Positions 21,296 through 33,800 of a stretch of 64,000 bases of DNA are shown here, in pieces (position 1 is the stretch's first letter; each line of letters begins with the position of its first letter). Below the pieces are notes generated by a model. It saw nothing but the letters and a program-made list of their open reading frames with translations. It was not told where the DNA came from and did not search any database. The position numbers and the translations under genes were made by a program. Origin of the DNA: Gemmatimonadaceae bacterium (lineage in GTDB: Bacteria; Gemmatimonadota; Gemmatimonadetes; Gemmatimonadales; Gemmatimonadaceae); assembly GCA_044224875.1 (NCBI GenBank), contig JBGAJQ010000005.1, positions 78,317 to 142,316 on the forward strand, given 5' to 3'.

Positions 21296-22255
21296 ATGCC
21301 TTCCGTTCCACGCAAGACCATCTTGGCGTACGCCGCCGGCCTTCTTCTCGTCGCCTGCCATCCCGACGACCGTATGCCAGCCAACTTTGGCAGGATATCG
21401 CTAGGCAAGAAGAACGGATGCCCCAACGTGCTTGGGCGTTTCGCGCGCACGTCGGAGCCGATCGCCCATATGATGGCGGGACGCTTCCTGCCCTACGACA
21501 GCACGCACGCAGCCTGGGAATGGTTTGAGCTCACGGGCTCACCCGACTCGGCGATGCAGGTGACGGTACAACGCGTTGACGGGTCGGTGGCCAAGGGTAC
21601 GATGCGGAAGGAAGGGGAGCGCGCCGGTGACTACCAGTGCGCGGATGGTTGGATCGTCCTTCGCGACCGCGACCTACCGAATACATGGGACAGCGACGTG
21701 TTGGAGCCGGACGAGCATCCACGCCGTCGCGCCATGCGCGTCGCGTCCACAACAACGGGCGACCTCGTCGCCCGACTCGACATGATCGACTTTGACGAGT
21801 TCACGGTGTGGTGTGGCGATGGCTGCAAAGGCATTCCACTCCCGTGGACGTTCACACGCCGATCAGGGTGGAGCACGGCGCGTCAGTATGATTCCAGCGA
21901 GGCTCATCCAACGGGCACGACTCCCGACCGTCAGCAACAAGTACCAGCCGACCGGCTGGGGAGGGAAGAGCAGGAACTGGAGAACGGACCGCCCATTCCC
22001 GGACTCGAAACGGTGCGTCGCCGAGCAATGGCTGCGCTGCCCCCCGGAGTAACGCTGCGTAGCGTGGGTCAACGGGAGCAGGGGTGGCATGTCAGCGTCG
22101 AGTTCGCGGAACTCTCACAGCTCGAACACTTCATGGTGCAGTTGGAGCAGAGTGGGAACGTATCGGAGATTCACGTCGCACCGTTGTATCGCGGGAAGCG
22201 GCCGGACGGCCGCTGGGCCGACGTTGTGTACGTAAGGTTCCGCGACGTTCCCTGA
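21296..22255 (+). CDS. Lipoprotein with CGDGC motif and PilN-like C-terminal domain
   Basis: Lipobox LLVAC; WCGDGCKG; C-terminal LPPGVTLRSV...LEHFMVQLEQS. Confidence 0.6.
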   Translation: MPSVPRKTILAYAAGLLLVACHPDDRMPANFGRISLGKKNGCPNVLGRFARTSEPIAHMMAGRFLPYDSTHAAWEWFELTGSPDSAMQVTVQRVDGSVAKGTMRKEGERAGDYQCADGWIVLRDRDLPNTWDSDVLEPDEHPRRRAMRVASTTTGDLVARLDMIDFDEFTVWCGDGCKGIPLPWTFTRRSGWSTARQYDSSEAHPTGTTPDRQQQVPADRLGREEQELENGPPIPGLETVRRRAMAALPPGVTLRSVGQREQGWHVSVEFAELSQLEHFMVQLEQSGNVSEIHVAPLYRGKRPDGRWADVVYVRFRDVP

Positions 22256-22737
22256 CCGGGGAGCCCACTGCGACACGCGATCCCGCCCTGCGCGCTCTTG
22301 CGTGGTGGTGCGCGAAGGCCGGCGATCAGACAGCCGGCCTGCGCGTTCGGGTTCACCACGATGTAGTTCGCTGGAATGGGCTGAGCGCCGGCCGCGATAT
22401 CGTTCGGATCGGAGGAGTAGTCGAACTCGACCTGATCGAGCACGGCCTGCTTGGTCGGGTGCGTGATCGTCGAACCGCCAGAACGCACGCCCGAGCGGAA
22501 CAGTCCGTTCAGCGGCGTCAGGTTATTGCCATCGACCGAGATCTTCGAGCTACGACCAATACGGAGCTCACAACGAAGACGCATCGTGGCGTTGATGCTG
22601 GCGGAGCCATCTCCGCTCGATGTGGCAAAGAGGTCAGTGGGCGTGGCGGGCGCGACGACGCGATCACTGGCGGAGCAGGCCATGAGGGCCATGGTGGCGA
22701 CGAGCGCAGCGACGGACGAGCGTGAACGTGAGGACAT
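22171..22737 (-). CDS. Hypothetical lipoprotein
   Basis: AGGAG RBS; lipobox ALMAC; RCE.R..RSSKISVDGNNL...EFDYSSDP. The 3' end overlaps the convergent gene. Confidence 0.6.
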   Translation of the reverse strand: MSSRSRSSVAALVATMALMACSASDRVVAPATPTDLFATSSGDGSASINATMRLRCELRIGRSSKISVDGNNLTPLNGLFRSGVRSGGSTITHPTKQAVLDQVEFDYSSDPNDIAAGAQPIPANYIVVNPNAQAGCLIAGLRAPPRKSAQGGIACRSGLPGQGTSRNLTYTTSAQRPSGRFPRYNGAT

Positions 22738-23227
22738 CGGGATCTCCTGTGTAATGGGTGAGGTACGGCCCCGACAAAGGCAAGTTGGGGTCCTCGTTCC
22801 TCAGCAGCGCCAAGTCCCGTGCTTCTAACACGTTAGGCGATCCTCGCACCGCGATGCGGGTCGTAATGCGGCGATACATCTGTAATGCTTCATTCCATCT
22901 GCGATGCGCGGCCCCGGACGAGCGGCGCGACTCAAACGAGCGCAGCAGAAGCACTTGGACGCTGGCAACTAAGGAATACGCGGTGGTCCGCATCCTGCCC
23001 TAGCGTCAGGCATGCACCTCTCCAGCCCCCGTGTCGTAGCTGCCGAGCATCATCGTACCGACGTCTCTATTGAGTGCGTCGGGCGCCAGAATACCGGAGG
23101 GGGCGCGCAGGATTTTACGGGCCGTTCGTCGGCTGTTCACCGCGCCACGGAGCCCCTTCGCCGACTGCCGTTGGCAATTCGCGTGGCAAGTGAAGCGTTG
23201 GGGCAAGCAGGCCGCTACAATAGTACC

Positions 23228-24581
<1,354 letters not shown>

Positions 24582-24589
<8 letters not shown>

Positions 24590-25232
24590 ATCCCCCCGAC
24601 GCGCGATGATGACGCTCCTCTCGGCGTTTGCATGTGCTTGCTCGTCAGATGCAACATCGTCCGGTGACCAACTCGCCGAAGTGGCGGCGCCCCTCCGTGC
24701 CGACGGCGTCCAGGCGCAACCGCTCTTCCTCTCGCTCGATCCGAATGCGCCCCCCTTGGCGGCCACCTCGGCCAGCTTCTACGCGGTGAAAGGCGACAAC
24801 CGCGAGCTGACGATGTGGTACCGGCCGCGGGTTGGCCAAACGGACTCCACTCGGCTCCTGCGATTTCGGGTCGGGAACAAGTCACTGTGTCGCCGGCCGG
24901 ACGGCACTCCCATCGCCCCAGGGGATTCGATCCTCATCACCTTGACCGTCGTCGATGCCGCCAAGCAGATCGTCGACTACCAGCCGCAGGGGCTCCGCTT
25001 CTGCAGTGGACGTCCAGCACAGCTCAATCTCTGGTATCTGGAGACCAACCACGACTACGACAGTGACGGAGACATCGATGGTCGAGATGCCGCGATCGAG
25101 CGACGCTTCGCCATCTATGGTCGCGAAACGGTGGCCGATCCGTGGGTCAAGCTGACGACCATCGTCTCGAGCCAACTGGACGAGGTGGAAGCCGACATCC
25201 GCGGCTTCACCAACTACGTGGTTGCGTACTGA
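24582..25232 (+). CDS. Hypothetical lipoprotein
   Basis: ATG 24582 overlaps the bEBP stop; lipobox AFACAC; DYDSDGDID Ca-binding-like loop. Confidence 0.72.
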
Positions 25233-25272
25233 CGCTACGCACACCTAACGGCTACTCGGGGTCAACAGACTC

Positions 25273-26283
25273 TTGGACGCTCTTCCCCTGCTCACCGACG
25301 CCCGCTCCCTCGCCGCACAAGGCGCGTGGGCCGAGGTGTGTCGCCTGCTCAGCACGCACCGCGCCGTCACGCGCACGGTGCCTGAGTTGGGCGCACTCCT
25401 TGCCGAGGCGTACCTGCGGACCGGGGAGGCGGCCGATGCCTGCCGCACGCTGCGCGAACTGATCCCGCAGCTTCAACGCGGGGGCGACACCATCACGTTG
25501 CGTCGCGTCGCCAACCTGCGAGGTGCTGCCCACTTTGAGCTGGGCGAATTGGAGGACGCGCTCGCCGCGTTCGAGCAGACACTGACGCTCGGGTTGGCCG
25601 ATTCGGACGATCTAGCGGTCGCACGTGCGACCAACAACCTAGCCCTCATCGCCAATATTCACGGCGACCACGAGGCCGCCCTGGCCAACTACCGGGTGGC
25701 GATCCCTGCCTACCAGCGACTCGGATTCACGCGCGGGCTTGCCGAGAGTCATCACAATATCGCGATCACCTATCGAGACACCGATCATTTGGAGCTGGCG
25801 GACGAGCACGAATGTCGGGCGCTGGAGTACGCGCGTGAGGCGGGCGAGGAGCGTCTGGTGGCGATTGCGATGGTGGGTCGGGCGGAGATCCAGCTACGAA
25901 CGGGTGATGCTGCGCTTGCTGAAGCGACCGCCCTGCGGGCGTCCGAGGACCTGGCTCGTATCCCCGATCCCGCGCGTCGCGCTGACGCCCTGCGTCTGGC
26001 GAGCGTGGCCCGTAGTGCGCAGGACGACGACATGATCGCCATCTCGCTCCTCGACACGGCGGTCTCCGAGGCTCGCGGGTGTGGCGCAACGCTGATCGAG
26101 GCAGAATGCTTGCGTTCTCGCGCCGAGTGCCGGATGCGGCGAGGAATGCGCGATCAAGCCATGGAAGACGCCGACCGCGCGTTGTCGCTCTTCAATCGCC
26201 TGAAGGCGAGTCGTTGTAGCGAAGAGATGGAGCAGTGGATCCTGCAAGCATCGGAGACACAGCAGGACCGCCACGAAAACTGA
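25273..26283 (+). CDS. Tetratricopeptide repeat protein
   Basis: Repeated TPR helices (ANLRGAAHFELGELEDALAAF, ARATNNLALIA, AESHHNIAITY). Confidence 0.8.
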   Translation: MDALPLLTDARSLAAQGAWAEVCRLLSTHRAVTRTVPELGALLAEAYLRTGEAADACRTLRELIPQLQRGGDTITLRRVANLRGAAHFELGELEDALAAFEQTLTLGLADSDDLAVARATNNLALIANIHGDHEAALANYRVAIPAYQRLGFTRGLAESHHNIAITYRDTDHLELADEHECRALEYAREAGEERLVAIAMVGRAEIQLRTGDAALAEATALRASEDLARIPDPARRADALRLASVARSAQDDDMIAISLLDTAVSEARGCGATLIEAECLRSRAECRMRRGMRDQAMEDADRALSLFNRLKASRCSEEMEQWILQASETQQDRHEN

Positions 26284-26417
26284 GCGACGCGCTAGAAGGC
26301 GGTTGGCCGGCGAGCTTCCCGTCAAGCAAGACGGAGCATGACCGAAACCCCCATCACCACCGAAGGCGGCGCCCGGGTTGCCGAGCGCCGCCTTCTGACA
26401 CAGAGATACGCCTCGCG

Positions 26418-27890
26418 CTACCGGGGGATCTTCGTCTTGGTGAGGATTCCCGTCGAGCGATCGAAGGTTCGGCCGCCGGCCGAGACGTTGTCAACGAAGA
26501 ATGTGATGCCTCCAACGCCGCACGGGCCCGTACTCTGTAGCTGGACCCAGCCCTGATTGTTGGTTGTGCCCTGGACGATCCTATCCATCCAGTAAGCATC
26601 GAGGAACCTTCCACTGACTACGGCCCCTGGGAGCGTTGCGCCGGTTTCGCTCGTCACGGTCACGCGCACGCCGAAGTCATTGCGCATACTGCCGCCTTGG
26701 AAGCAGCTGCCGGGAAACTGGGGATCCTGAACGAACTTCGCGGCCATCTGGATTTGCGACACGCGGGCGCAATTCCCGGCGCACGACGACACGGGCGTCA
26801 TGCGAACAACCCGAGAGCTCGCGCCGATCACGGAGGAGGTCAGGATCTGGCCGCTAGCATTCATGGAGCCGCCCGATGTGGGCGCCGCACCCGGGTACGC
26901 CGGTGAAATCAGTGTTGACAGGGACAACGCGGTCCCCGATGGCCCTGCCGCAACGACGCCCGTGCTCTGCACGGTGGCCGTGATGTCGAGCGCATTGTTG
27001 ATGCCGCCCATGCCGTACCGGGTGAGGTGTCCAGTTGGAGCTGCCGAGATCTGCTGCAGCGTGCCGAGGCTGGCGTTGTAGCGGAACGGATAGAGGAGGT
27101 TCTGTCCGCCAACGGTGACCAGGAAGCGGCCTTGGTCGCCCGCGTCGTTGACCGCGGTGGATCGGGCGCTGTACAGGAATCCTGAAGGGGGTGCCGGCAT
27201 GGGAACCGCACTGCCTGGGTTCCCGAGCTGATAGTGGAACCCGTAGGACGCCACATGCCCGTTCGGACTGAGCGCTTCCGGCGGGTCGTTCGGATACCCC
27301 TGGGCGGCCAGGTTGACCATGCCCCCGGCGCTCGTCCACAGGAACGGCGCGGCAACCGTCGGAATCAGCGAGCCATCGCGCACCCACCCCACTATGCGAC
27401 CCTGGCCGTCGATGCCGGCGACCTCGGCGACAGATGTTCCCGGAAGCAGCCCGAGGTCCGTGATGGTGTAGCCCGGACCATTCGGTCGCCAGACCACGGC
27501 GTGCGTGTTGACGCCGGGGATGCCGGCGACGCCGGCTATCCATCCCTGGCTATTGATGAACGCTGGATAAATGCCGCTGAACCCCGGGAGCGGGGGAAGG
27601 ACAATTCGCGCGCCACCCCGCCACGCCACGGTCTGTTGCGGTGGCAGGCAGAACGAGCCGCAACCCGTATCCAAGTACGAGGTCCCGATGATGTCCCCCG
27701 CGTCGTTCATGCCGCCGGCGGTGGCGGCGGTAGAGATGAAGTCGAGCGCGTACCGAGCGAACACCTGAGACGTCGAGGGTGACGAGACCGCCGCGGACGG
27801 CAACAGGCTGGGGCTGGGATCTGTGATGTCTTGGCACGCCGTCGCGCCAAGCAAGAATGCGACGAAAATCACATTTCTTCGGAGGGACAT
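26418..27890 (-). CDS. Lipoprotein with HAF-type repeats and C-terminal Ig-like domain
   Basis: AGGAG RBS; MSLRRNVIFVAFLLGATAC lipobox; MNDAGDIIG / INSQGWIAG / VNDAGDQG repeats. Confidence 0.78.
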   Translation of the reverse strand: MSLRRNVIFVAFLLGATACQDITDPSPSLLPSAAVSSPSTSQVFARYALDFISTAATAGGMNDAGDIIGTSYLDTGCGSFCLPPQQTVAWRGGARIVLPPLPGFSGIYPAFINSQGWIAGVAGIPGVNTHAVVWRPNGPGYTITDLGLLPGTSVAEVAGIDGQGRIVGWVRDGSLIPTVAAPFLWTSAGGMVNLAAQGYPNDPPEALSPNGHVASYGFHYQLGNPGSAVPMPAPPSGFLYSARSTAVNDAGDQGRFLVTVGGQNLLYPFRYNASLGTLQQISAAPTGHLTRYGMGGINNALDITATVQSTGVVAAGPSGTALSLSTLISPAYPGAAPTSGGSMNASGQILTSSVIGASSRVVRMTPVSSCAGNCARVSQIQMAAKFVQDPQFPGSCFQGGSMRNDFGVRVTVTSETGATLPGAVVSGRFLDAYWMDRIVQGTTNNQGWVQLQSTGPCGVGGITFFVDNVSAGGRTFDRSTGILTKTKIPR

Positions 27891-28203
27891 GGTCGGGAAC
27901 TCCTGAAGGGGTGCAGCTGCGTCGGGCAAGGGAAGGACCAAGCGTCGTTCGGGGGGCAGAGCAGCCATCGTTAGGTTCCGACAGACTCCGGGCCACGGCG
28001 CAACGATAGGGGCTCAGGCGCCATCTCGGCCCCCGTGATTACCCGACGTCGCGTCAGGGATGTCGCTGTGTCGGGGCGATTCGATCGAGCGCCGGCTGCA
28101 ACACGCCGTTCCACGCGCCTCGTTGACTCTGGCTTGGCCGGCCGACGGCTACGGCGCCGGCCCGGGGTGCGTCCGTGGCACGGTATGGCCCCATGAGAAC
28201 GCC

Positions 28204-28258
28204 ATGGCCCAATGGGGCCACGCCCCGCCGACACACAAAAATGGCACGTCGAGGCGAA
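28204..28258 (+). promoter_or_regulatory. Candidate tandem operator boxes ATGGC-N8-GC(C/G)A upstream of the DUF4242 gene
   Basis: ATGGCCCAATGGGGCCAC (28204-28221) and ATGGCACGTCGAGGCGAA (28241-28258); also a 9-bp inverted repeat TGGCCCCAT (28186) / ATGGGGCCA (28212). Confidence 0.35.
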
Positions 28259-28320
28259 GCTGCGACCCCTTGGCCATCCCTACCTTCGGCTCACGAATTC
28301 CAATTCAACCGGAGGCAGGT

Positions 28321-28614
28321 ATGAACAAGTATATCATCGAGCGCGCCATCCCGGGCGTTGGCTCCCTGACGCGAGATCAGCTGCACGCGGCGTCCACCAA
28401 GTCCACAACCGTACTCGACGAGCTCGGCCCGGATATCCAGTGGGTCCACAGCTACGTGACGGACGACCGGATCTACTGCGTGTACCTGGCGGCAAACGAG
28501 GACCTGATCCGCGAGCACGCGGCCCGTACGGGATTCCCTGCGACCAGGATCACCGTCGTTCGCGCCATGATCGATCCGACCATGCGGCTCGTCGCCGCTG
28601 CCGTTGGCGCCTAA
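28321..28614 (+). CDS. DUF4242 family small protein
   Basis: GGAGG RBS; KYIIERAIPG.G.L...IQWVHSYVT.D.IYCVY.A..E..IREHA...GFPA. Confidence 0.85.
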   Translation: MNKYIIERAIPGVGSLTRDQLHAASTKSTTVLDELGPDIQWVHSYVTDDRIYCVYLAANEDLIREHAARTGFPATRITVVRAMIDPTMRLVAAAVGA

Positions 28615-28668
28615 GCAACACCATCACATCGAAGTCACACCCAATCCATACACTCGAGGAATACGACC

Positions 28669-29214
28669 ATGAAGAACGCATACATGACCATCGGCATCGC
28701 CTCCGTCGTCGCCCTGTTGACCCTGGCGGCCGCCTGCAGTGACTCGCCCACCGGCAATGGGCTGGACCCCGCCGTGAATCGCGACCTCGCAAAACTGCGC
28801 AAGGTGACCGATCCCCTGAGTTCCTTCGACGCGGGGTCCAACGCCGGGTGGTCCGCCAAGATCACCGGCTGCATGACCGACCCAACGTTAGGCGGCATGG
28901 GCTATCACTACGGCAAGACGGCCCTGATCGACGGTTCCGTGAAGGTGGACGAACCCGAGCTCTTGCTCTACGTGCCACAGCAGAACGGTCAGATGAAGCT
29001 GGTCGCCGTGGAATACATCATCCCGTACACCTTCCACGCGCGGGAAGCCGAGGCACCGGTCCTCTTCGGCCAGCAGTTCAAGCAGAACGACACGTTCCAA
29101 CTGTGGGGACTCCATGCGTGGGTCGGGCAGGACAATCCCAGCGGCATCTTTGCCAGCTGGAACCCGCAGGTGAACTGTCAGTACGCGAACGATGCCATGA
29201 CGATGGTGCACTAG
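28669..29214 (+). CDS. Conserved hypothetical lipoprotein
   Basis: Lipobox LAAAC; GGMGYHY...EPELLLY...LVAVEY...LHAW...NP.G.FA.WNP. Confidence 0.78.
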   Translation: MKNAYMTIGIASVVALLTLAAACSDSPTGNGLDPAVNRDLAKLRKVTDPLSSFDAGSNAGWSAKITGCMTDPTLGGMGYHYGKTALIDGSVKVDEPELLLYVPQQNGQMKLVAVEYIIPYTFHAREAEAPVLFGQQFKQNDTFQLWGLHAWVGQDNPSGIFASWNPQVNCQYANDAMTMVH

Positions 29215-29372
29215 CCGTAGCTGCTCACGCAGGGCGGGTGGCATCGCCTGGTATCCGGTGCTCGGGTACCAGGCGGTTGCGTATCTGGTAACGCGAGCCT
29301 CGCCCTCCTTCCGCGGTGCGCTTTGGCGTACTCTCTTACGGCGGGCTCACTGTGAACACCAGACCATCTCCG

Positions 29373-30671
29373 ATGACCGCAATGCGACTTCTGACGTGGG
29401 CGTTATGCCTCAGCATCGCTTCGACCACGCTCGAGGCGCAGACCACGACCATCGATAACATCACGATTGTCGATGTCGCCAAGGGCAAGCTGCAACAGCA
29501 TCAGACGATCGTCATCGAAGGCCGGCATATTGCTCGAATCGTGAAGTCGTCCGACGAGACGCGAGCCAAGGCCACACTCGACGGCACGGGCATGTTCGTG
29601 ATCCCGGGACTGTGGGACATGCACATCCACGCCTACTTCACGAACGACACCTCGAAATTCCACAGCACCAGCGAGGTGATGTTTCCCCTCTTCCTCGTGA
29701 ACGGCGTTACGGGTGTGCGCGACCTGGGCAGCAACCTGGACGCGACCCTCGCGGCCCGCGACAGCATCAACGCCCATCAACTCATCGGTCCCCGGATGTT
29801 CGTGTCTGGCCCGATGCTCGACGGCCCAACGACGCGATACCAGGCGGCGATCAAGGTGGCCATGGCAGACGAAGCTCGCGCGGCGGTACGGATGCTGAAG
29901 CAACGCGGCGTAGACATGATCAAGACGCAGACGCTGATTCCGCGCGACGCCTACTTCGCGATTGCCGATGAGGCCTCCAGGATCGGCATCCCCTTCGAAG
30001 GCCACGTGCCGCGAGAGATCACCGCCGTCGAGGCGATCGCCGCGCATCAACGGAGCTTCGAGCACTTGATCGGAGTGAGCGACACGGCGACAGCGTTGAT
30101 CGCGGATCTGGCGAAGCAACAGGTGTGGCAGTGTCCCACGGTGATCAACAGCGTGGGAACCGCCGCGGACTTCACCAGCGATCCAGGGCTCCCGTTCTGG
30201 TTGCGACCGGGAGTGGAGTCTTGGCGGAAAGCGGCCTCCGAACGACTCGCGGCCACCGACTCAGCGACGCAAGCTTCTCAGGAACGCAGTCGTCGCCGTG
30301 TCGCGCAGATCGGCATGATGTTCCAAGCTGGCGTACCGTTCTTGGCGGGCACGGACGCACCGCAGGGCTACGATCTGGTGCCGGGTAGCAGCCTGCATCG
30401 TGAGCTGCAACTCTTTGTTCGCGCGGGCCTGACGCCGTTGCAGGCGTTGCAGACGGCGACGCTGAACCCGGCCAGATACTTCAACAAGACGCAGGACTTC
30501 GGGACCGTAGCAGAGGGAAGGGTGGCGGACCTCGTGGTGCTGGCCGGCAACCCGCTCGCCGACATCGCCAACACGCGCCGTGTGGTGGCCGTAGTCGCTG
30601 ACGGTCGCTACTTCGCGCCCCGCGAGCTGGAGCGAATGCGGCTCCGGATCATGGAGCTTGCGGGGAAGTAG
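29373..30671 (+). CDS. Secreted amidohydrolase family protein
   Basis: IPGLWDMHIH metal motif, GVTGVRDLG, SFEH, AGTDAP, GTVAEGRVADLVVL; signal peptide. Confidence 0.9.
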   Translation: MTAMRLLTWALCLSIASTTLEAQTTTIDNITIVDVAKGKLQQHQTIVIEGRHIARIVKSSDETRAKATLDGTGMFVIPGLWDMHIHAYFTNDTSKFHSTSEVMFPLFLVNGVTGVRDLGSNLDATLAARDSINAHQLIGPRMFVSGPMLDGPTTRYQAAIKVAMADEARAAVRMLKQRGVDMIKTQTLIPRDAYFAIADEASRIGIPFEGHVPREITAVEAIAAHQRSFEHLIGVSDTATALIADLAKQQVWQCPTVINSVGTAADFTSDPGLPFWLRPGVESWRKAASERLAATDSATQASQERSRRRVAQIGMMFQAGVPFLAGTDAPQGYDLVPGSSLHRELQLFVRAGLTPLQALQTATLNPARYFNKTQDFGTVAEGRVADLVVLAGNPLADIANTRRVVAVVADGRYFAPRELERMRLRIMELAGK

Positions 30672-30872
30672 CTGCGCGGCTCTCACGAACGCATGTGAGC
30701 GTCCTGCGCGGTCGCTGACTGATTCGAACTGCGCCGATTGGCGCGATCGGGGGCCGCGAGGTTGGTACGGTGACGCTGAGTCGGGTGGCGCGGGTCGCCA
30801 ACCGCCGCTAGCCAATGCCCTGGGAATCGCACAAACTCTCAACTCACGGTTAGCTCACGCCTGAACGGAAGA

Positions 30873-33800
30873 ATGGGCGCGAATCTCATGACTGTCCGTA
30901 GATCGAGCGGGCGCTCCGCCATCGGCCTGGCACACTGGGCGGTGAGCGGTGCATTTCTCTTGTTCAGCTCTCCGTCCAAAAGCCCCGCACAGAGTGCGGA
31001 CGGGACTGCCGCCGTTCACGGCATCGTCCTGGATGCAGAGCGGCGCCCTGTTCGGGGTGCCGCGGTCGTTTTGCAGGACTCGGTTCAGTCAATCCGGTAC
31101 GAGAGCAGCACCAATGGCGAAGGGCGCTTTGCGATTGAGTTGCTCCCTGCCGGGCGCCCATTGCGTCTGACAGTGCGCCGATTGGGCTTGCAACCGGCGG
31201 AACGCGACCTGAGATCCCTCGAGCCCGGTCGCATCCTCCAGCTCGAGGTCGAACTCGAGCATTCGGTGGGTGCGCTGCCCACTGTGACGATCGTAAGTGA
31301 AGTTCCTCGTCAGGAAGCCACCGGCTACGGCATCCCAGGAGATGCGCTCCGCAACCTCCCCCTCTTCAATAGAAGCCTCAATGGCCTGGTGCAGCTCGTC
31401 CCTCAGGCATTGGGACGCGGGCTTCCATCATTCGGCTCACAGAACGCGCGGTTTAACACCGTGCGGATCGATGGAACGATTGGCAATGACGTCTTTGGCA
31501 TGGGGCTGACGCCGGGAAATCAGGCTGCAGCACCAACGCTGTCGCTCGAGGCGCTTGCCGGCGTCCGAGTCACCATGGCACCGATGGACGTCCGCTACGG
31601 TGGATTTACCGGCGCCGCCATTGAGCTCGAGACTCGCTCAGGAACGAATCGACGAACGATGTCGGTGCTCACGACCTACCAGCAGGACGCCCTCATTGGA
31701 CGTTATGCCGGCGCGCCGCGGGCTCCCTCACTGGACTATTCGCAGGTCGCTGTCACTGCCGAGGGGCCTATCGTTCGCGACCGCCTTCACTACCTGGTGA
31801 CGGTTGATGCCCTGCGACGCGACAGTGCCTATCAGGCATCGGCATCCAGCAATGTCCCGGAGGTACCCCCTGGCATGGTTGAACGCATGCGTGCTGCGAT
31901 CATCCGGCGCTTTGGGTTCGACCCGGGTGGCGAGGACGTGCCCATCACTCGCCAGCCGAGCCGTTCGGCGTTCGCGAAGCTGAGTTGGACCGCGGCGGCG
32001 CACCACGCGTTTGACCTCAGCTACCATGGTATTCGAGCCAGCACCGATGGATTCGGCCGCACGGCCGTCGATCGTGGTCAGGGGTGGATGCTCTCGGGCA
32101 GTGGCTACCGCGTGACCACACGGGTGGATGCGCTGCGCGCCTCGGCGCGATCGGTGTTCGACCACGGTCGCAATGAGACCTTTGCCAGCTTGCAGTACAG
32201 CCGCGACCTGCGTGACTCGCGGATATACGCGCCCCTCTTTGTCGTTAGGTACACACCGCCGACCGAGGCGTACTTGGCCGCCGGGTCATTCAGGAACGCC
32301 CAGGGCACGGTGCTCGACCAACACCAGGCGGAACTCGGAAATGACGTCACGCTCACCTGGCCACGCCATGAGCTGACCGTAGGTGGACGCCTTACCCGAT
32401 TCTCGTTCGTGGACAACCTGTTGCTGCTGCGGTGGGGAGCATGGGTGTTTCCCAATATCGATTCCCTGGAGATCGGCAGTCCGACGCGTTTTGATGTCGG
32501 CCTCGCATCGACGGCTGAGGGCAATGGGTCGGTGGCCCGGTTCGCGGCACACGTTGCGGCGGGATACATCCAAGACCGCTGGAGCGTGGGGTCACGCGTG
32601 CAGCTGACGGCTGGCATTCGGGTGGAGCGAACGACGTCCGATGCGCCCCCCACCAATGCCAGGTTGCTGAGCCCCAACTCGCCGCTCAATGTGGACACCG
32701 GGTTGCTGCCAGGCACCACGCGGGTGTTGCCGCGAATTGGATTGGTCGTTTCACTCGACGCCGCGGGGCGCACGCGCCTGCGGTTGGGGGCGGGTCGGTT
32801 CGCGGCGCTGCCGCCCTATGTATGGATCAGCAATGCGTTCTTGAGTACCGGACTCACCCAACGAACCCTCACGTGCGTGCCGACCACTGGTGTGCCAGCG
32901 CCGGTCGCCGATCCGGGCGCCATACCGACGGCGTGCACGCGCTCCACGCTCTATGTCAATTCAGCGCCGATCGTGGCCGTTGCGCCCGGGACCCGTTTCC
33001 CGGCGGACGATCGCGTCGTGGCAGCCATTGACCATGGATTGGGGAATGGCTGGACCGTGACGGTCGACGCCATGGTGGGGATGGCACGATCGGCGTTAAC
33101 GGTGATCGATCGGAACCTAACGAGAACTGGCACGGACGCTGAGGGGCGGGAGCTCTATGGCACGTACAACGGGGCGACAGCGCTGACGCAGCGAGTGGAT
33201 GGGCGCATTCCCGCCGTCTTCGTGTACGAGAATTACGGCAATGGCGATCGCTCGTTTTCCGGGTCGGCGCAACTCTCGCGACGCTGGGGTGAGCACCGCT
33301 TTGTCCAGATAGGGTACACACATTCGCGGGCCGTCGAGCGTATGACACCGACGGGACGCTCAGGGCTCGCGTCCCTCCAGAACACCCCAATCGATGGATC
33401 GGCGGAATCGCGCCGGCGCGCGCGCTCCACCTACGATGTTCCGCACAGCCTGACCGCACTGTTTGCCACACCGCTGCCGCGTGCGTTCGATATCAGCCTC
33501 ACGTTCCGGGCGCAATCCGGTCGGCCGTTCTCGTACATCGTTCGCGGCGACGCCAACGCCGACAGCCTCAACGCCAACGACCTCGCCTGGATCCCGCGTG
33601 ACTCGGCGGACATCCGGCTGGCGAACCCCGCGTCCTGGGACACGCTGAACGCCTTCATTGCCAAGGAGCCGTGCCTGGCGCGCCAGCGCGGGCACCTTGC
33701 CGCGCGAAACTCCTGCCGAAACCCATCCTTTGCCACGATGGATCTGCGCCTCAGCCGGCCCTGGCACTCCCGCCTCGGTACGTTTGAGCTTTCGGCCGAC

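Noticed and set aside
22810..22826. Possible sigma-54 promoter (AAGCACGGGACTTGG on the minus strand) for the divergent lipoprotein
   Set aside because: Lacks the invariant -24 GG and -12 GC.
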